Position numbers and translations under genes: made by a program | The notes under the pieces: generated by a model | Seen by the model: only the letters and a program-made list of their open reading frames with translations | Databases searched by the model: none | Told to the model about the DNA's origin: nothing | IMG/VR virus record: IMGVR_UViG_3300022188_000229 | Span: 1 to 64,000 of that record | Source of the DNA: a virus | Strand: one strand, 5' to 3' | Length of the DNA stretch: 64,000 nucleotides | Shown: positions 10,103 through 18,729 of the stretch, in pieces | Numbering within the stretch: the first letter of the stretch is position 1 | Layout of the letters: the number at the start of each line of letters is the position of its first letter

Positions 10103-11141
10103 ACGAAACGAAGATGATTTTAGACTACGTGTAGACACAGTGAAGCAGTTAATAGACCCTGTATATCTAGCAGAAACTTTGGGATTCAAATTAACTAATG
10201 AAACCCCTAAAGAGTTTAGAGCTGCCTGTCTTATACATGGTGGAGATAATACTACTGCATTTAGAGTGAATAAAGACTTAAAAACTTGGGTCTGTTTCAC
10301 ACACAAATGTCATGATGAGTCAGGAAATGATATGTTTGGCCTTGTTATGGCTGTTAATAAATGTGGTTTTATGGAGGCTCTAGAGTATTTAGAAGAATTG
10401 ACTGGTAGTAAAACTATAAACAGAACTCAGTTAAATGCATTTAAAAGAAAACGTGAGCAACAAGAATTTGTTAGACAAAATAATTATGATAGTAATGAGA
10501 AACCTTCTATAGTTGATGCTACTAGGCTAAAATATTATAAACCTTTTAGATCCTCCTTATTTATAGAGGATGGTTTTTCATCAGAGACCTTAGATTACTT
10601 TGAAGTGGCTGGAGGTTACTCAGATAAAGAGGGTATAGTTAGAGATATAATTCCTATACATAATGATAAAGGATTATTGGTTGCTTATAGTCTTAGAGAT
10701 ATAAGACGTAATGCTGAGAATACGGATAAGAAATATAAATTAACATCGGGTTTTGATAAGAACATGGTGTTATATAATTTAAATAGAATTAAGGATATAG
10801 TAGCAGATACCCCACTTATTATGGTTGAAGGATTCAAAAGTGTTTGGAGATTATATGAGTTAGGTATTAAGAATGTAGTAGCTTGCATGGGTTCAGGTAT
10901 TACTACTGGGCAAGTAAATTTACTATGTACATATGCACATAAAGGTATCGTTTTCTTTTTTGATAACGATTACGCCGGCGCTTCAGCCATTGGGAGATCA
11001 TTTGATCTTGTTAAAGGAAAGATGAAGACATATGTAGAGATAATAACAGAAGTAGATGAAGATGGTGAAGGGCTAGACCCAGCCGATTTAACAGATGAAC
11101 AAATATTTTATTATTTGAATAATTATATAGAGGAGAAATAG
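10089..11141 (+). CDS. dnaG: DNA primase (CHC2 zinc finger + TOPRIM)
   Basis: 'CLIHGGDN...WVCFTHKC', 'MVEGFKSV', 'FFDNDYAG', 'DPAD'; start placed at ATG 10089 behind ggagg. Confidence 0.92.
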   Translation: MSLPKRNEDDFRLRVDTVKQLIDPVYLAETLGFKLTNETPKEFRAACLIHGGDNTTAFRVNKDLKTWVCFTHKCHDESGNDMFGLVMAVNKCGFMEALEYLEELTGSKTINRTQLNAFKRKREQQEFVRQNNYDSNEKPSIVDATRLKYYKPFRSSLFIEDGFSSETLDYFEVAGGYSDKEGIVRDIIPIHNDKGLLVAYSLRDIRRNAENTDKKYKLTSGFDKNMVLYNLNRIKDIVADTPLIMVEGFKSVWRLYELGIKNVVACMGSGITTGQVNLLCTYAHKGIVFFFDNDYAGASAIGRSFDLVKGKMKTYVEIITEVDEDGEGLDPADLTDEQIFYYLNNYIEEK

Positions 11142-11142
11142 T

Positions 11143-11478
11143 ATGGAAGGTGAAAATTTTGTAACATTAGTAGGAACAGTATCAAGAGGTACTTATAAAG
11201 AGGTAGGGCAGTTTAATACTGGTTTGTTTAAGGGTAGTTTAGCCATTCCTACCGTTAAAGGGACTAATCAGTACTTAAAGATTGCAGCATGGGCAGATTT
11301 AGCTGAAGCATTGAGGGATACAGACACTGCTGCAACTGTAAAAATTCATGGTCATATAGAAGAGAGTTCCTATGATGGGAAATGTAGGCATTGTCAAGGC
11401 CCTGAGAAAAAATATTGGACTGAAGTAATTGTAGATAACTTTACTGTAATACCAGAAGGAGTAGAAAATGTCGGATGA
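11143..11478 (+). CDS. ssb: single-stranded DNA-binding protein (OB fold) with a CxxC insert
   Basis: 'NFVTLVG', 'IAAWADLAE', 'IHGHIEESSY', 'TEVIVDNF'. Confidence 0.8.
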   Translation: MEGENFVTLVGTVSRGTYKEVGQFNTGLFKGSLAIPTVKGTNQYLKIAAWADLAEALRDTDTAATVKIHGHIEESSYDGKCRHCQGPEKKYWTEVIVDNFTVIPEGVENVG

Positions 11479-11809
11479 AAAATACATAGGTTTACCAACG
11501 ATGGCGTTGTTACCGCTAACTAATGTGGAGTTTTCGTCGGTGCAAGATCTTGAGATTATAATCCCTAGGAGAGGGAACTATGCAGAGCTAGCACCTCTAA
11601 TATTTAAAGAAGAGGACGGGGATTTTAATATATTAGACGAGGATATTAACGCGTTATACTTACCTTCTGTAACTAAAGTATTACTGGCGTGTGGGAAGTA
11701 CCCAACTTTAACAGCCAATCAGTTGTTTGTACCTCAGTCTTTCGTGTTCAACCTTGAGCAGGTAGTTATTACAGGAAGCATACTAGAAATTTTTAGCATT
11801 ATAAAATAG
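11468..11809 (+). CDS. hypothetical protein
   Basis: 113-aa ORF within the operon. Confidence 0.55.
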   Translation: MSDEKYIGLPTMALLPLTNVEFSSVQDLEIIIPRRGNYAELAPLIFKEEDGDFNILDEDINALYLPSVTKVLLACGKYPTLTANQLFVPQSFVFNLEQVVITGSILEIFSIIK

Positions 11810-11820
11810 GGAGAATTAAC

Positions 11821-11970
11821 ATGGGCGTAATTAAAGAAGAAAGTAATGAAGGTTTATTGGATACAGTACATAGATGCATCATGTGTGATGCTCCAGCGTA
11901 TGAAGTGGAAGAGAATGAGTACGAATGTACAGAGTGTGATTGTACCTGGAAGGTAGTTAAGTGTGGCTAA
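11821..11970 (+). CDS. small zinc-ribbon protein (49 aa, not in the ORF track)
   Basis: RBS gggag; MGVIKEESNEGLLDTVHRCIMCDAPAYEVEENEYECTECDCTWKVVKCG with two CxxC. Confidence 0.7.
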   Translation: MGVIKEESNEGLLDTVHRCIMCDAPAYEVEENEYECTECDCTWKVVKCG

Positions 11971-12520
11971 TAACTCTTACCGAGTTTTGAGTTTGGATGT
12001 ATCTTCTACATCTACTGGCTGGTCTTTTATTACTGAGCGTAAGAACTCTTTAAAGTTTGGTACTATTAGACCAGATCGGAAACTAAGTGTAGTTGCTAAA
12101 CTTAATTTTTTCAGGGTCGAATTAATTAAGGTCCTAAAAAAATATAAACCTACTTATATTGTGTTAGAAGATACTTTTATGGGGGCTAATCCTAAAGTAA
12201 CTAAATTACTAGCTAAATTTGGTGGTGTGGCTGAACAGACAGTGTATGAATATAGTAAAAAAGAGCCTTATGTTATGAGTAACACTACTCCTAAGTCATT
12301 TTTTAAGGCAAAGAAAAAAGAAAAACTATTCGTTTTAATAATAGATTTACTTGACTTTACTGAAAAGATGATTACATTTAAAGAGTGGAATGATATAGCA
12401 GATAGTATTGCGCAACTGTGGTGTTATTGTGATGAGGTGTTAGAAATCAAAAAGATTAGAGAGGAGAAGGAATATGGCTATAGATTCAGGCCGGGTTCTT
12501 GCAACCCACGCTCGCACTGA
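11963..12520 (+). CDS. ruvC: RuvC-like Holliday junction resolvase
   Basis: 'VLSLDVSSTSTGW', 'IVLED', 'DIADSIA'. Confidence 0.85.
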   Translation: MANNSYRVLSLDVSSTSTGWSFITERKNSLKFGTIRPDRKLSVVAKLNFFRVELIKVLKKYKPTYIVLEDTFMGANPKVTKLLAKFGGVAEQTVYEYSKKEPYVMSNTTPKSFFKAKKKEKLFVLIIDLLDFTEKMITFKEWNDIADSIAQLWCYCDEVLEIKKIREEKEYGYRFRPGSCNPRSH

Positions 12521-12836
12521 GGCATTGAAGACTGATTTTCTAGATTTACTTGTAGATATAGCAGCTAGACATGAGATTTCATTAGATGAGACTTCTAAAA
12601 AACATATGTATTTGTATTTAGATTACTTAATTAAAAAATTGGACTTAGGCGAAGAGCATAAAATAGTTATTGAGAGGATTATAGTGGAAGAAGATTCACC
12701 AGACCCTGTCAGCTATGTTAAATATGATGAAGTGATTGCTCTAACTGAGGCATTTAAAATTAAGCTCGGGACTGTACTTTTAGACTTAATAAGTTATGAG
12801 CTTGAAGCTTTTTTAAAAACAAGAGGAGAAAGATGA
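12474..12836 (+). CDS. hypothetical protein
   Basis: 120-aa ORF with RBS aagga. Confidence 0.55.
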   Translation: MAIDSGRVLATHARTEALKTDFLDLLVDIAARHEISLDETSKKHMYLYLDYLIKKLDLGEEHKIVIERIIVEEDSPDPVSYVKYDEVIALTEAFKIKLGTVLLDLISYELEAFLKTRGER

Positions 12837-14071
12837 CTAAAAAAATAATTAAACTTAGCGCTACTAGAATAGGTTCTTACTTAAGATGTAAACGTAAGTA
12901 CTGGTTCAATTATGTAGAGCACATGCCCAAACTATCTAATCCGGCGTTTAAACTAGGATTGGCTTGTCATGAGTCTCTAGAGATAGCCGGTAAGATTTGG
13001 ATGGAAGAAGGCAGGCTGAGTAAGGCCGCCTATACAAAAATTTTCGCACACTATGATAAGATTTCTGTGAGAGAAGGTATTGAGGCGATGGAGGTACATG
13101 TTCAGGGAAAAGTGCTAGTAAAAAATAGACTAGATAACTTTGCACTAGGTACTAAAATCATCAGCCTTGAAGAAAAGTTTGGATTCGGCAAGGGGACTAA
13201 AGATATATCTACTACACTGGGCGTACCTCTAATTGGTGCAATGGATAAAGTAGTAGAGCTTGATCCAGACACTATAGTAGTGGTGGATTATAAAACTTCT
13301 AAAACTGCACCTACTTATGATCAATTGAAAGACGATTTACAGCTTTCTTTATATGATCTTGTAGCAGGTATTTTGTTTCCTCAGTATTCTAGAGTGATAC
13401 TTTGTTTAGATATGTTGAAATCAGAGCCGGTATATACTTATAGAACACCTTTTCAGCGAGAAGAATTTAATAGTTACTTATCAGTAATTCATGAAGAAAT
13501 GTCAGCACTTGTAGAGAAGGACGCTTATGCGTCATTGAATGTATTTTGTCCTTGGTGTGATTTTAAAGACTACTGCAAGGAATATAAGAAAGCAAGTTCG
13601 CAGACTAAATATGAATTTTTACCAGTATCCAAGATGACAGATGCTGATTTAATAGAAGAACATGAAAGAGTTAAAGGCGTGGCCAAGATACTTGACATGA
13701 GAAAACGTGATTTGGCAATGATTCTAATGGAGAAAATTAAAATTGCTGGTACTGATTTGAAGGGCGGGGATAATCAGATGTATATAAGACAGAGTGCCAG
13801 AACTAACTATGATGCCAAGGGTTTACATAAATTGATTCCACCCGATGAGTTCGCTACTATGGTATCATTGAATAAAAAAGCAGTAGATGCTTATTGTTCT
13901 AAACATCCTAAATTAAAGAAAGAAATTGAGAAGAATGCTACCACTAACTATACTTCTCCATTCTTGGCAGTTAAAAAAATTAAAGAACCAAAACCAGTAA
14001 AGAAAAAAGGAGCTACTAAAACTAATGGCAAAAAGAAAACTAAGCAAACAAGTAAAGCAAAAAAAGATTAA
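12833..14071 (+). CDS. PD-(D/E)XK exonuclease, RecB/Cas4-like
   Basis: 'LSATRIGSYLRCKRKY', 'GLACH', 'GAMDKV', 'VVDYKTS', 'QLSLY', 'CPWCDFKDYC'. Confidence 0.88.
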   Translation: MTKKIIKLSATRIGSYLRCKRKYWFNYVEHMPKLSNPAFKLGLACHESLEIAGKIWMEEGRLSKAAYTKIFAHYDKISVREGIEAMEVHVQGKVLVKNRLDNFALGTKIISLEEKFGFGKGTKDISTTLGVPLIGAMDKVVELDPDTIVVVDYKTSKTAPTYDQLKDDLQLSLYDLVAGILFPQYSRVILCLDMLKSEPVYTYRTPFQREEFNSYLSVIHEEMSALVEKDAYASLNVFCPWCDFKDYCKEYKKASSQTKYEFLPVSKMTDADLIEEHERVKGVAKILDMRKRDLAMILMEKIKIAGTDLKGGDNQMYIRQSARTNYDAKGLHKLIPPDEFATMVSLNKKAVDAYCSKHPKLKKEIEKNATTNYTSPFLAVKKIKEPKPVKKKGATKTNGKKKTKQTSKAKKD

Positions 14072-15332
14072 AGTATTAGCGTACTGCGACTCTCCAACCT
14101 GTGCAACAGGCTTTGGAACGGTGGCAAGGAATATTTTTGAGGCCCTACATAAAACAGGTCGGTATGAAATTGATATTCTAGGTATTAATTATTGGGGCGA
14201 CCCACACGGTTTACCTTACAGAATATGGCCAACAGGAATTAATGGAGATAAAGATCCTTATGGACGCAGAAAAGTGGCTGGTATGATACCACAGATGCAG
14301 TATGATATATTGTTTCTGTTACAGGACTCGTTTATATTGGATTTCATGCCTGCGCTATTTTCAAAATTAAAATCATCAGGCAAAGACTTCAAATCCATTT
14401 GTTATTTTCCTATAGATGGAAAACCTAAAGCGCAATGGATAGATAATGTTAATAACGCTGATGAGGTAGTAGCTTATTCACAGTTCGGGGCAGACGCAGC
14501 TAAGGCCGCTCAACCTGAGTGTAAAGATCTTCATATTATACCTCATGGAGCTAACGTCAATGATTTTAGACCCCTACCTGAGGGAGAAGTTAAAGCTTTT
14601 AGGAAACAATATTTTGGTAAGCATGCGGATAGTTTCATTGTCACTAATTTAAATAGAAATCAGCATAGGAAAGATATCCCACGGACTATTGCAGCGTTTA
14701 AAAAGTTTAGAGAGTCGGTTCCTGAATCGGTACTTTATTTACACATGGCTCCTAAAGATCAGGGTTGGGATTTGCCCGAAGTATGTAAAGCCTATGGGTT
14801 TAATATAGCTGAGGATGTAATATTCCCGGAGAACTTTGGCCCCAATCAAGGCTACCCGAGAGAAGTGGTAAATATGATCTATAATGCATCTGATTTGGTA
14901 GTAAGTACTACCCTTGGAGAAGGTTGGGGGTTGTCTTGGGTTGAAGCTATGGCAACTAGAACTCCTGTGCTTATGCCTAATAACACAGCAATAACTGAAA
15001 ATATTAGCGAAGATAGAGGCTATTTATGTAACAGTGGTACTAGTATAGGGCTAACAACTATATTGGCGAATGATAATGAAGTCATTAGACCTTTGGTCGA
15101 CGTAGAAGACATGGCTGAGAAGATGGTGCACATTTATAATAACTATGAAGAGGCTTTGGAGAAAGCAGATAAGGCATATAATTGGGTACATGAAAATTTA
15201 AATTGGCAAGGTAATGTTGGAAAGCAATGGGTTGACTTGTTTGATAAGGTATACGCTGACATGATTGAAGAGAAAATTAGTAGCCCCGATCATGATGCAA
15301 TAGGAAAAATGATTAAGGCTGAGACATTTTAG
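14025..15332 (+). CDS. glycosyltransferase, GT-B/GT4 family
   Basis: 'DSPTCATGFG', 'NRNQHRKD', 'GEGWGLSWVEAMA'. Confidence 0.92.
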   Translation: MAKRKLSKQVKQKKIKVLAYCDSPTCATGFGTVARNIFEALHKTGRYEIDILGINYWGDPHGLPYRIWPTGINGDKDPYGRRKVAGMIPQMQYDILFLLQDSFILDFMPALFSKLKSSGKDFKSICYFPIDGKPKAQWIDNVNNADEVVAYSQFGADAAKAAQPECKDLHIIPHGANVNDFRPLPEGEVKAFRKQYFGKHADSFIVTNLNRNQHRKDIPRTIAAFKKFRESVPESVLYLHMAPKDQGWDLPEVCKAYGFNIAEDVIFPENFGPNQGYPREVVNMIYNASDLVVSTTLGEGWGLSWVEAMATRTPVLMPNNTAITENISEDRGYLCNSGTSIGLTTILANDNEVIRPLVDVEDMAEKMVHIYNNYEEALEKADKAYNWVHENLNWQGNVGKQWVDLFDKVYADMIEEKISSPDHDAIGKMIKAETF

Positions 15333-15333
15333 C

Positions 15334-15361
15334 TTGACAAATAAAAACTAATGTTTATATT
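15334..15361 (+). promoter_or_regulatory. sigma70-type promoter immediately upstream of the hairpin/cassette array
   Basis: TTGACA-N16-TATATT. Confidence 0.8.
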
Positions 15362-15376
15362 ATATATATGTTAGGA

Positions 15377-15427
15377 AAATAACGCCACAGTTCACCGGCT
15401 TTGTCCGGTGTAACTGATTGGTTATTA
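15377..15427. repeat. attC-like hairpin repeat 1
   Basis: AAATAAC GCCA CAGTT CACCGG CTTTGT CCGGTG T AACTG ATTG GTTATTA: complementary TAAC/GTTA ends, unpaired spacer, stem with one bulged base. Confidence 0.75.
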
Positions 15428-15440
15428 AAAAGGAGGTATT

Positions 15441-15728
15441 ATGGAACAAAAACTTTTCCCATTTGAATGTAAATGTAGTGTTAAATTACGTAAGGCTGGT
15501 CTTTTTGAACTAAACATAAAAGGACTACCACATCCTACTGATCCAGAAGGAACGCATAGTATGATGACTACGGGTAGAACATTAGGCGAGGCTTTTTTTA
15601 ATATGGGTCATCACTTGACATTATCCTTTGAAGAACTGGCTCCTGGCCTTTTAGATTGGGCAGTTTGTGATGAACCTCGTCCTGAGCTAATTGAAAAGCT
15701 TCGTTTTCCGAATTGGCTTCAATTTTAA
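15441..15728 (+). CDS. cassette 1 plus-strand hypothetical protein
   Basis: Strong RBS aaggaggt directly after hairpin 1; 95 aa. Confidence 0.7.
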   Translation: MEQKLFPFECKCSVKLRKAGLFELNIKGLPHPTDPEGTHSMMTTGRTLGEAFFNMGHHLTLSFEELAPGLLDWAVCDEPRPELIEKLRFPNWLQF

Positions 15729-15783
15729 TAATATATTCAGGATGATTTTGATATTTTAAAGTAATTGTATATTTTTTGATCAT
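15598..15783 (-). CDS. cassette 1 minus-strand hypothetical protein
   Basis: RBS aggaga; leader identical over 18 nt to the leader of gene 58059; starts just inside hairpin 2. Confidence 0.55.
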   Translation of the reverse strand: MIKKYTITLKYQNHPEYIIKIEANSENEAFQLAQDEVHHKLPNLKGQEPVLQRIMSSDDPY

Positions 15784-15808
15784 TTAGGTTCTCCTATCTG
15801 ATTAAAAT

Positions 15809-15859
15809 TAATAATACCACAGTTCACCGGCTTTGTCCGGTGTAACTGATTGGTTATTT
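15809..15859. repeat. attC-like hairpin repeat 2
   Basis: Core identical to repeat 1 (CCACAGTTCACCGGCTTTGTCCGGTGTAACTGATTGGTTATT); left end TAATAATA instead of AAATAACG. Confidence 0.75.
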
Positions 15860-16000
15860 GGGTTTAGGATTTAAGTTGAGGGGTTTTGTATCTGTTTTAT
15901 GAAGTTCAAACGAACCGCAAAGAGGACAACGTTTCGTTTCAGTACATTCAAAAATGTGTTTACATTTTAAACAGGCATAAACTTTGTTTTTATTTTTAAT
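15854..16000 (-). CDS. cassette 2 minus-strand zinc-ribbon protein (48 aa, ATT start or decayed start; not in the ORF track)
   Basis: IKNKNKVYACLKCKHIFECTETKRCPLCGSFELHKTDTKPLNLNPKPK; GAGG 8 nt upstream of ATT; stop TAA lies inside the end of hairpin 2. Confidence 0.5.
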   Translation of the reverse strand: MKNKNKVYACLKCKHIFECTETKRCPLCGSFELHKTDTKPLNLNPKPK

Positions 16001-16027
16001 TTTATTGTCCTCATTAAGGTGATTACT

Positions 16028-16270
16028 ATGTACGAAGATATTATAGCACGATATAAAAAGGCGGGTATAGAAATTCCTAAAGAATTTTATGATGCTAATG
16101 TAATAGAAATGCTTGGTTCAGAAAATACTTTCATGTGGGAAAATAGAAAGTATAGGTTTCTTGCTTGTAATTTTGGACCAACAATAACAATGAAATGTGT
16201 TGATGATGATAGTAGAATAAGTTTTAATATTATATCAGAACTTAAAGACGAATTAATTAAAATTAATTAA
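16028..16270 (+). CDS. cassette 2 plus-strand hypothetical protein
   Basis: RBS taaggtga before ATG 16028; stop codon abuts hairpin 3. Confidence 0.65.
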   Translation: MYEDIIARYKKAGIEIPKEFYDANVIEMLGSENTFMWENRKYRFLACNFGPTITMKCVDDDSRISFNIISELKDELIKIN

Positions 16271-16319
16271 AAATAACGCCACAGTTCAGCGGTTTATCCG
16301 CTGTAACTTGTGGTTATGG
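16271..16319. repeat. attC-like hairpin repeat 3
   Basis: AAATAACGCCACAGTTCAGCGGTTTATCCGCTGTAACTTGTGGTTATGG; compensatory stem change CACCGG/CCGGTG to CAGCGG/CCGCTG. Confidence 0.75.
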
Positions 16320-16331
16320 AGGAAGAACAGC

Positions 16332-16928
16332 ATGATTGAAGTGAATAAACTACATGAAAACCAAGGTAATTTTTTGGCGGCTTTAGTTGGTATGGGGTTA
16401 GCTTTTGATAAGACAGTTAAAGGGTTAGATAACGGAACTGATATTTTCTTTAGTGCTGATGGCACATATAATGATTTGTATTTTAAGATGTTAGATAGAG
16501 CTAAAAGGATGGCATTTAAGGGGATGGGCCATAATAAATTCCTTAGAGCGATACATGTAGATCTCATTGTGAAGGCTCCTTGTGATTGGTGGCAACAACA
16601 GGCCACGTATACTACTATCTCTGCGGTGCAGTCAACATCCACTATGCACATGTTGAAGAAATCAGGCTTTGATAATGGGGTAGATCCTTTAATGGATGAA
16701 GTTATTTTAAATAGATACAATGAACTACTTAAAGAGACTGATGACCTAATTAAATTGAAACGTAATCTACCAGCTGGTTATATGTATATAAGAACTATCC
16801 ACTTAAACTACATGAATTTACAGGCTATGGTTAATCAGCGAATTAATCACAAAGAACCGGAATGGCCAGAGTTTTGTGAGCAAGTACTAGCACAGATAAA
16901 CCATCCATATTTAGTGATGAAGGGGTAA
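16332..16928 (+). CDS. ThyX-like (flavin-dependent thymidylate synthase-related) protein
   Basis: 'HNKFLRAIHV...AP..WW.Q..TY...STSTMH', 'NLPAGY...NY..L.....QR..H...EW..FC'; start placed at ATG behind ggagg. Confidence 0.65.
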   Translation: MIEVNKLHENQGNFLAALVGMGLAFDKTVKGLDNGTDIFFSADGTYNDLYFKMLDRAKRMAFKGMGHNKFLRAIHVDLIVKAPCDWWQQQATYTTISAVQSTSTMHMLKKSGFDNGVDPLMDEVILNRYNELLKETDDLIKLKRNLPAGYMYIRTIHLNYMNLQAMVNQRINHKEPEWPEFCEQVLAQINHPYLVMKG

Positions 16929-16931
16929 CAG

Positions 16932-17105
16932 ATGAAGACAGTGAGGATACACCTACTATCCACTAGTAATGAGATAACATATACTAACATAATAAATAGT
17001 TATATTAAATCTAATATGTATTGTGTTTTGTTTGAAAAAGATGATGGAATGGTAGTACATAAATACCCATTCTCTAATATTTATAGAGTAGAAGAAGACT
17101 ATTAG
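16932..17105 (+). CDS. small hypothetical protein (57 aa, not in the ORF track)
   Basis: RBS agggg; ORF fills the gap exactly. Confidence 0.55.
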   Translation: MKTVRIHLLSTSNEITYTNIINSYIKSNMYCVLFEKDDGMVVHKYPFSNIYRVEEDY

Positions 17106-17113
17106 GAGGTTAC

Positions 17114-18235
17114 ATGGAGATAAAAGGAATTAAATATACAGGCCCGATTTTTGATAACTCAGGGTATGCTAAGGCATGTAGAGGTAATATACTTGCTTTG
17201 CATCATGCAGGGGTGCCTATTACTTTAAACCCCATAACATTCGAACAGGCGCATCCAAATTTAGGTGAAAATGCTGAGCTTTTAAAAAGTTTAGTAAATA
17301 AATCTGTAGATTATAACGTTAATTTAATGCATACTACACCAGAGTTCTGGTCTAAGCATAAAGAATCCACATCATGTAATGTTGGTTATACTATTTGGGA
17401 GACTACTAAGCTACACAAAGATTGGCCCGGGTACATAAATTCCAACGTTGAGAAAGTATTGGTAGGGTGTGAGTGGAACAAAGGCATCTTTAAAGATAGT
17501 GGTGTAACTGTTCCTATTGGGGTGGTTCCCCATGGCACTAGTGCGAAGGAATTTGATAACGTAACCCCCTTCCAAATTGCTGGTGTTAAAGACACCGACT
17601 TTGTGTTCTATAGTATTTTTCAGTGGACAGAGCGTAAGTGCCCCTTGGCTTTGTTAAAGGCTTATTACCATGCTTTTCAGAATAATGAAGATGTAGTACT
17701 GGTCTTGAAAGCTTACGGTAATGACTACAGTACAAAACAAAAAGAGTCCGTAGTCAATGCTATTAAATATTTGAAATATAATATGCCTATGCCGCACTTT
17801 CCTAAGATAGTTCTTATTGGGGATATGATATCTGAGGACGAGATGGCCTCTATTCACGCAAGAGGGGATTGTTATGCTTCTTTAGATAGAGGTGAAGGCT
17901 TCGGACTTAGCCCGTTTACTGCTGGAGCAGCCGGAAACCCTATTATAGTTACAGGTTTTGGAGGATCAACTGAGTATGCTAAAGAAGATAATAGTTATTT
18001 GGTGGATTATCAATTAACACCTGTCTACGGAATGCCGTGGAGTCCCTGGTATGATGGTACTCAGTTATGGGCCGAACCTAATGTCGTAGATGGTAGTAAT
18101 AAAATGAGATATGTATATGCAAATAGAGAAGAAGCAAAGGTTAAAGGATTAAAACTACAGGATAGTATAACTAAGAACTTTTCTTGGGAAGCTATAGCTG
18201 ATAGAATTATTACTGAGATAAGGGAGATCAATTAA
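17114..18235 (+). CDS. glycosyltransferase, GT-B/GT4 family
   Basis: 'SGYA', 'YTIWET', 'ERK', 'RGEGFGL'. Confidence 0.9.
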   Translation: MEIKGIKYTGPIFDNSGYAKACRGNILALHHAGVPITLNPITFEQAHPNLGENAELLKSLVNKSVDYNVNLMHTTPEFWSKHKESTSCNVGYTIWETTKLHKDWPGYINSNVEKVLVGCEWNKGIFKDSGVTVPIGVVPHGTSAKEFDNVTPFQIAGVKDTDFVFYSIFQWTERKCPLALLKAYYHAFQNNEDVVLVLKAYGNDYSTKQKESVVNAIKYLKYNMPMPHFPKIVLIGDMISEDEMASIHARGDCYASLDRGEGFGLSPFTAGAAGNPIIVTGFGGSTEYAKEDNSYLVDYQLTPVYGMPWSPWYDGTQLWAEPNVVDGSNKMRYVYANREEAKVKGLKLQDSITKNFSWEAIADRIITEIREIN

Positions 18236-18729
18236 TGAAGAAGAAGACACTTAATATAGGAGCGGGAGAGCGCACTTATACCTACTATCCTACTAATAAT
18301 TATGAATGTATTAATTTTGATGAGCGTAAGTTGAAGACTACCGATGTTGTAGGGGATGTTAGAGTATTAGATATGTTTGAAGATGAAGAATTTGATTTCA
18401 TTCTAGCCAGTGATATTATAGAACACTTCCCTATTAAAGAAGTGCAAGATATACTAAAAGAGTGGGGTCGAGTACTCAAAGCCTCAGGAATGATAGAATT
18501 TAGATTACCTAATTTAACTGCAATCTGTGTCCAATACATTAATGAAAAAAATGCTCGGAATGTGAGTTGGTTATTGTATGGGGGACAGGATTACTCTGGC
18601 AACTTTCACTACACTTGCTATGATAGAGTTCTCTTTAAAGAAGAGCTTATTAAAGCAGGTTTGGAGGAAGTTACTTACAGTGAAGAAGGTTATAATATGG
18701 TAGTTAGAGTTAGGAAAGGGGAAAAATAA
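18235..18729 (+). CDS. class I SAM-dependent methyltransferase
   Basis: 'LNIGAG', 'IIEH', 'EWGRVLK.SG....LPN'. Confidence 0.85.
   Translation: MKKKTLNIGAGERTYTYYPTNNYECINFDERKLKTTDVVGDVRVLDMFEDEEFDFILASDIIEHFPIKEVQDILKEWGRVLKASGMIEFRLPNLTAICVQYINEKNARNVSWLLYGGQDYSGNFHYTCYDRVLFKEELIKAGLEEVTYSEEGYNMVVRVRKGEK

Noticed and set aside
15377-16319. CRISPR array interpretation of the three repeats
   Set aside because: Spacers are 381 and 411 bp and protein-coding, and no cas operon is present; the Cas4-like gene at 12833 is a typical stand-alone phage nuclease.
15377-16319. Simple Rho-independent terminators
   Set aside because: No U-tract follows the stems on the + strand, the first copy lies directly after a promoter, and the TAAC/GTTA ends plus the bulge are not needed for termination. 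Not fully excluded as RNA processing sites.
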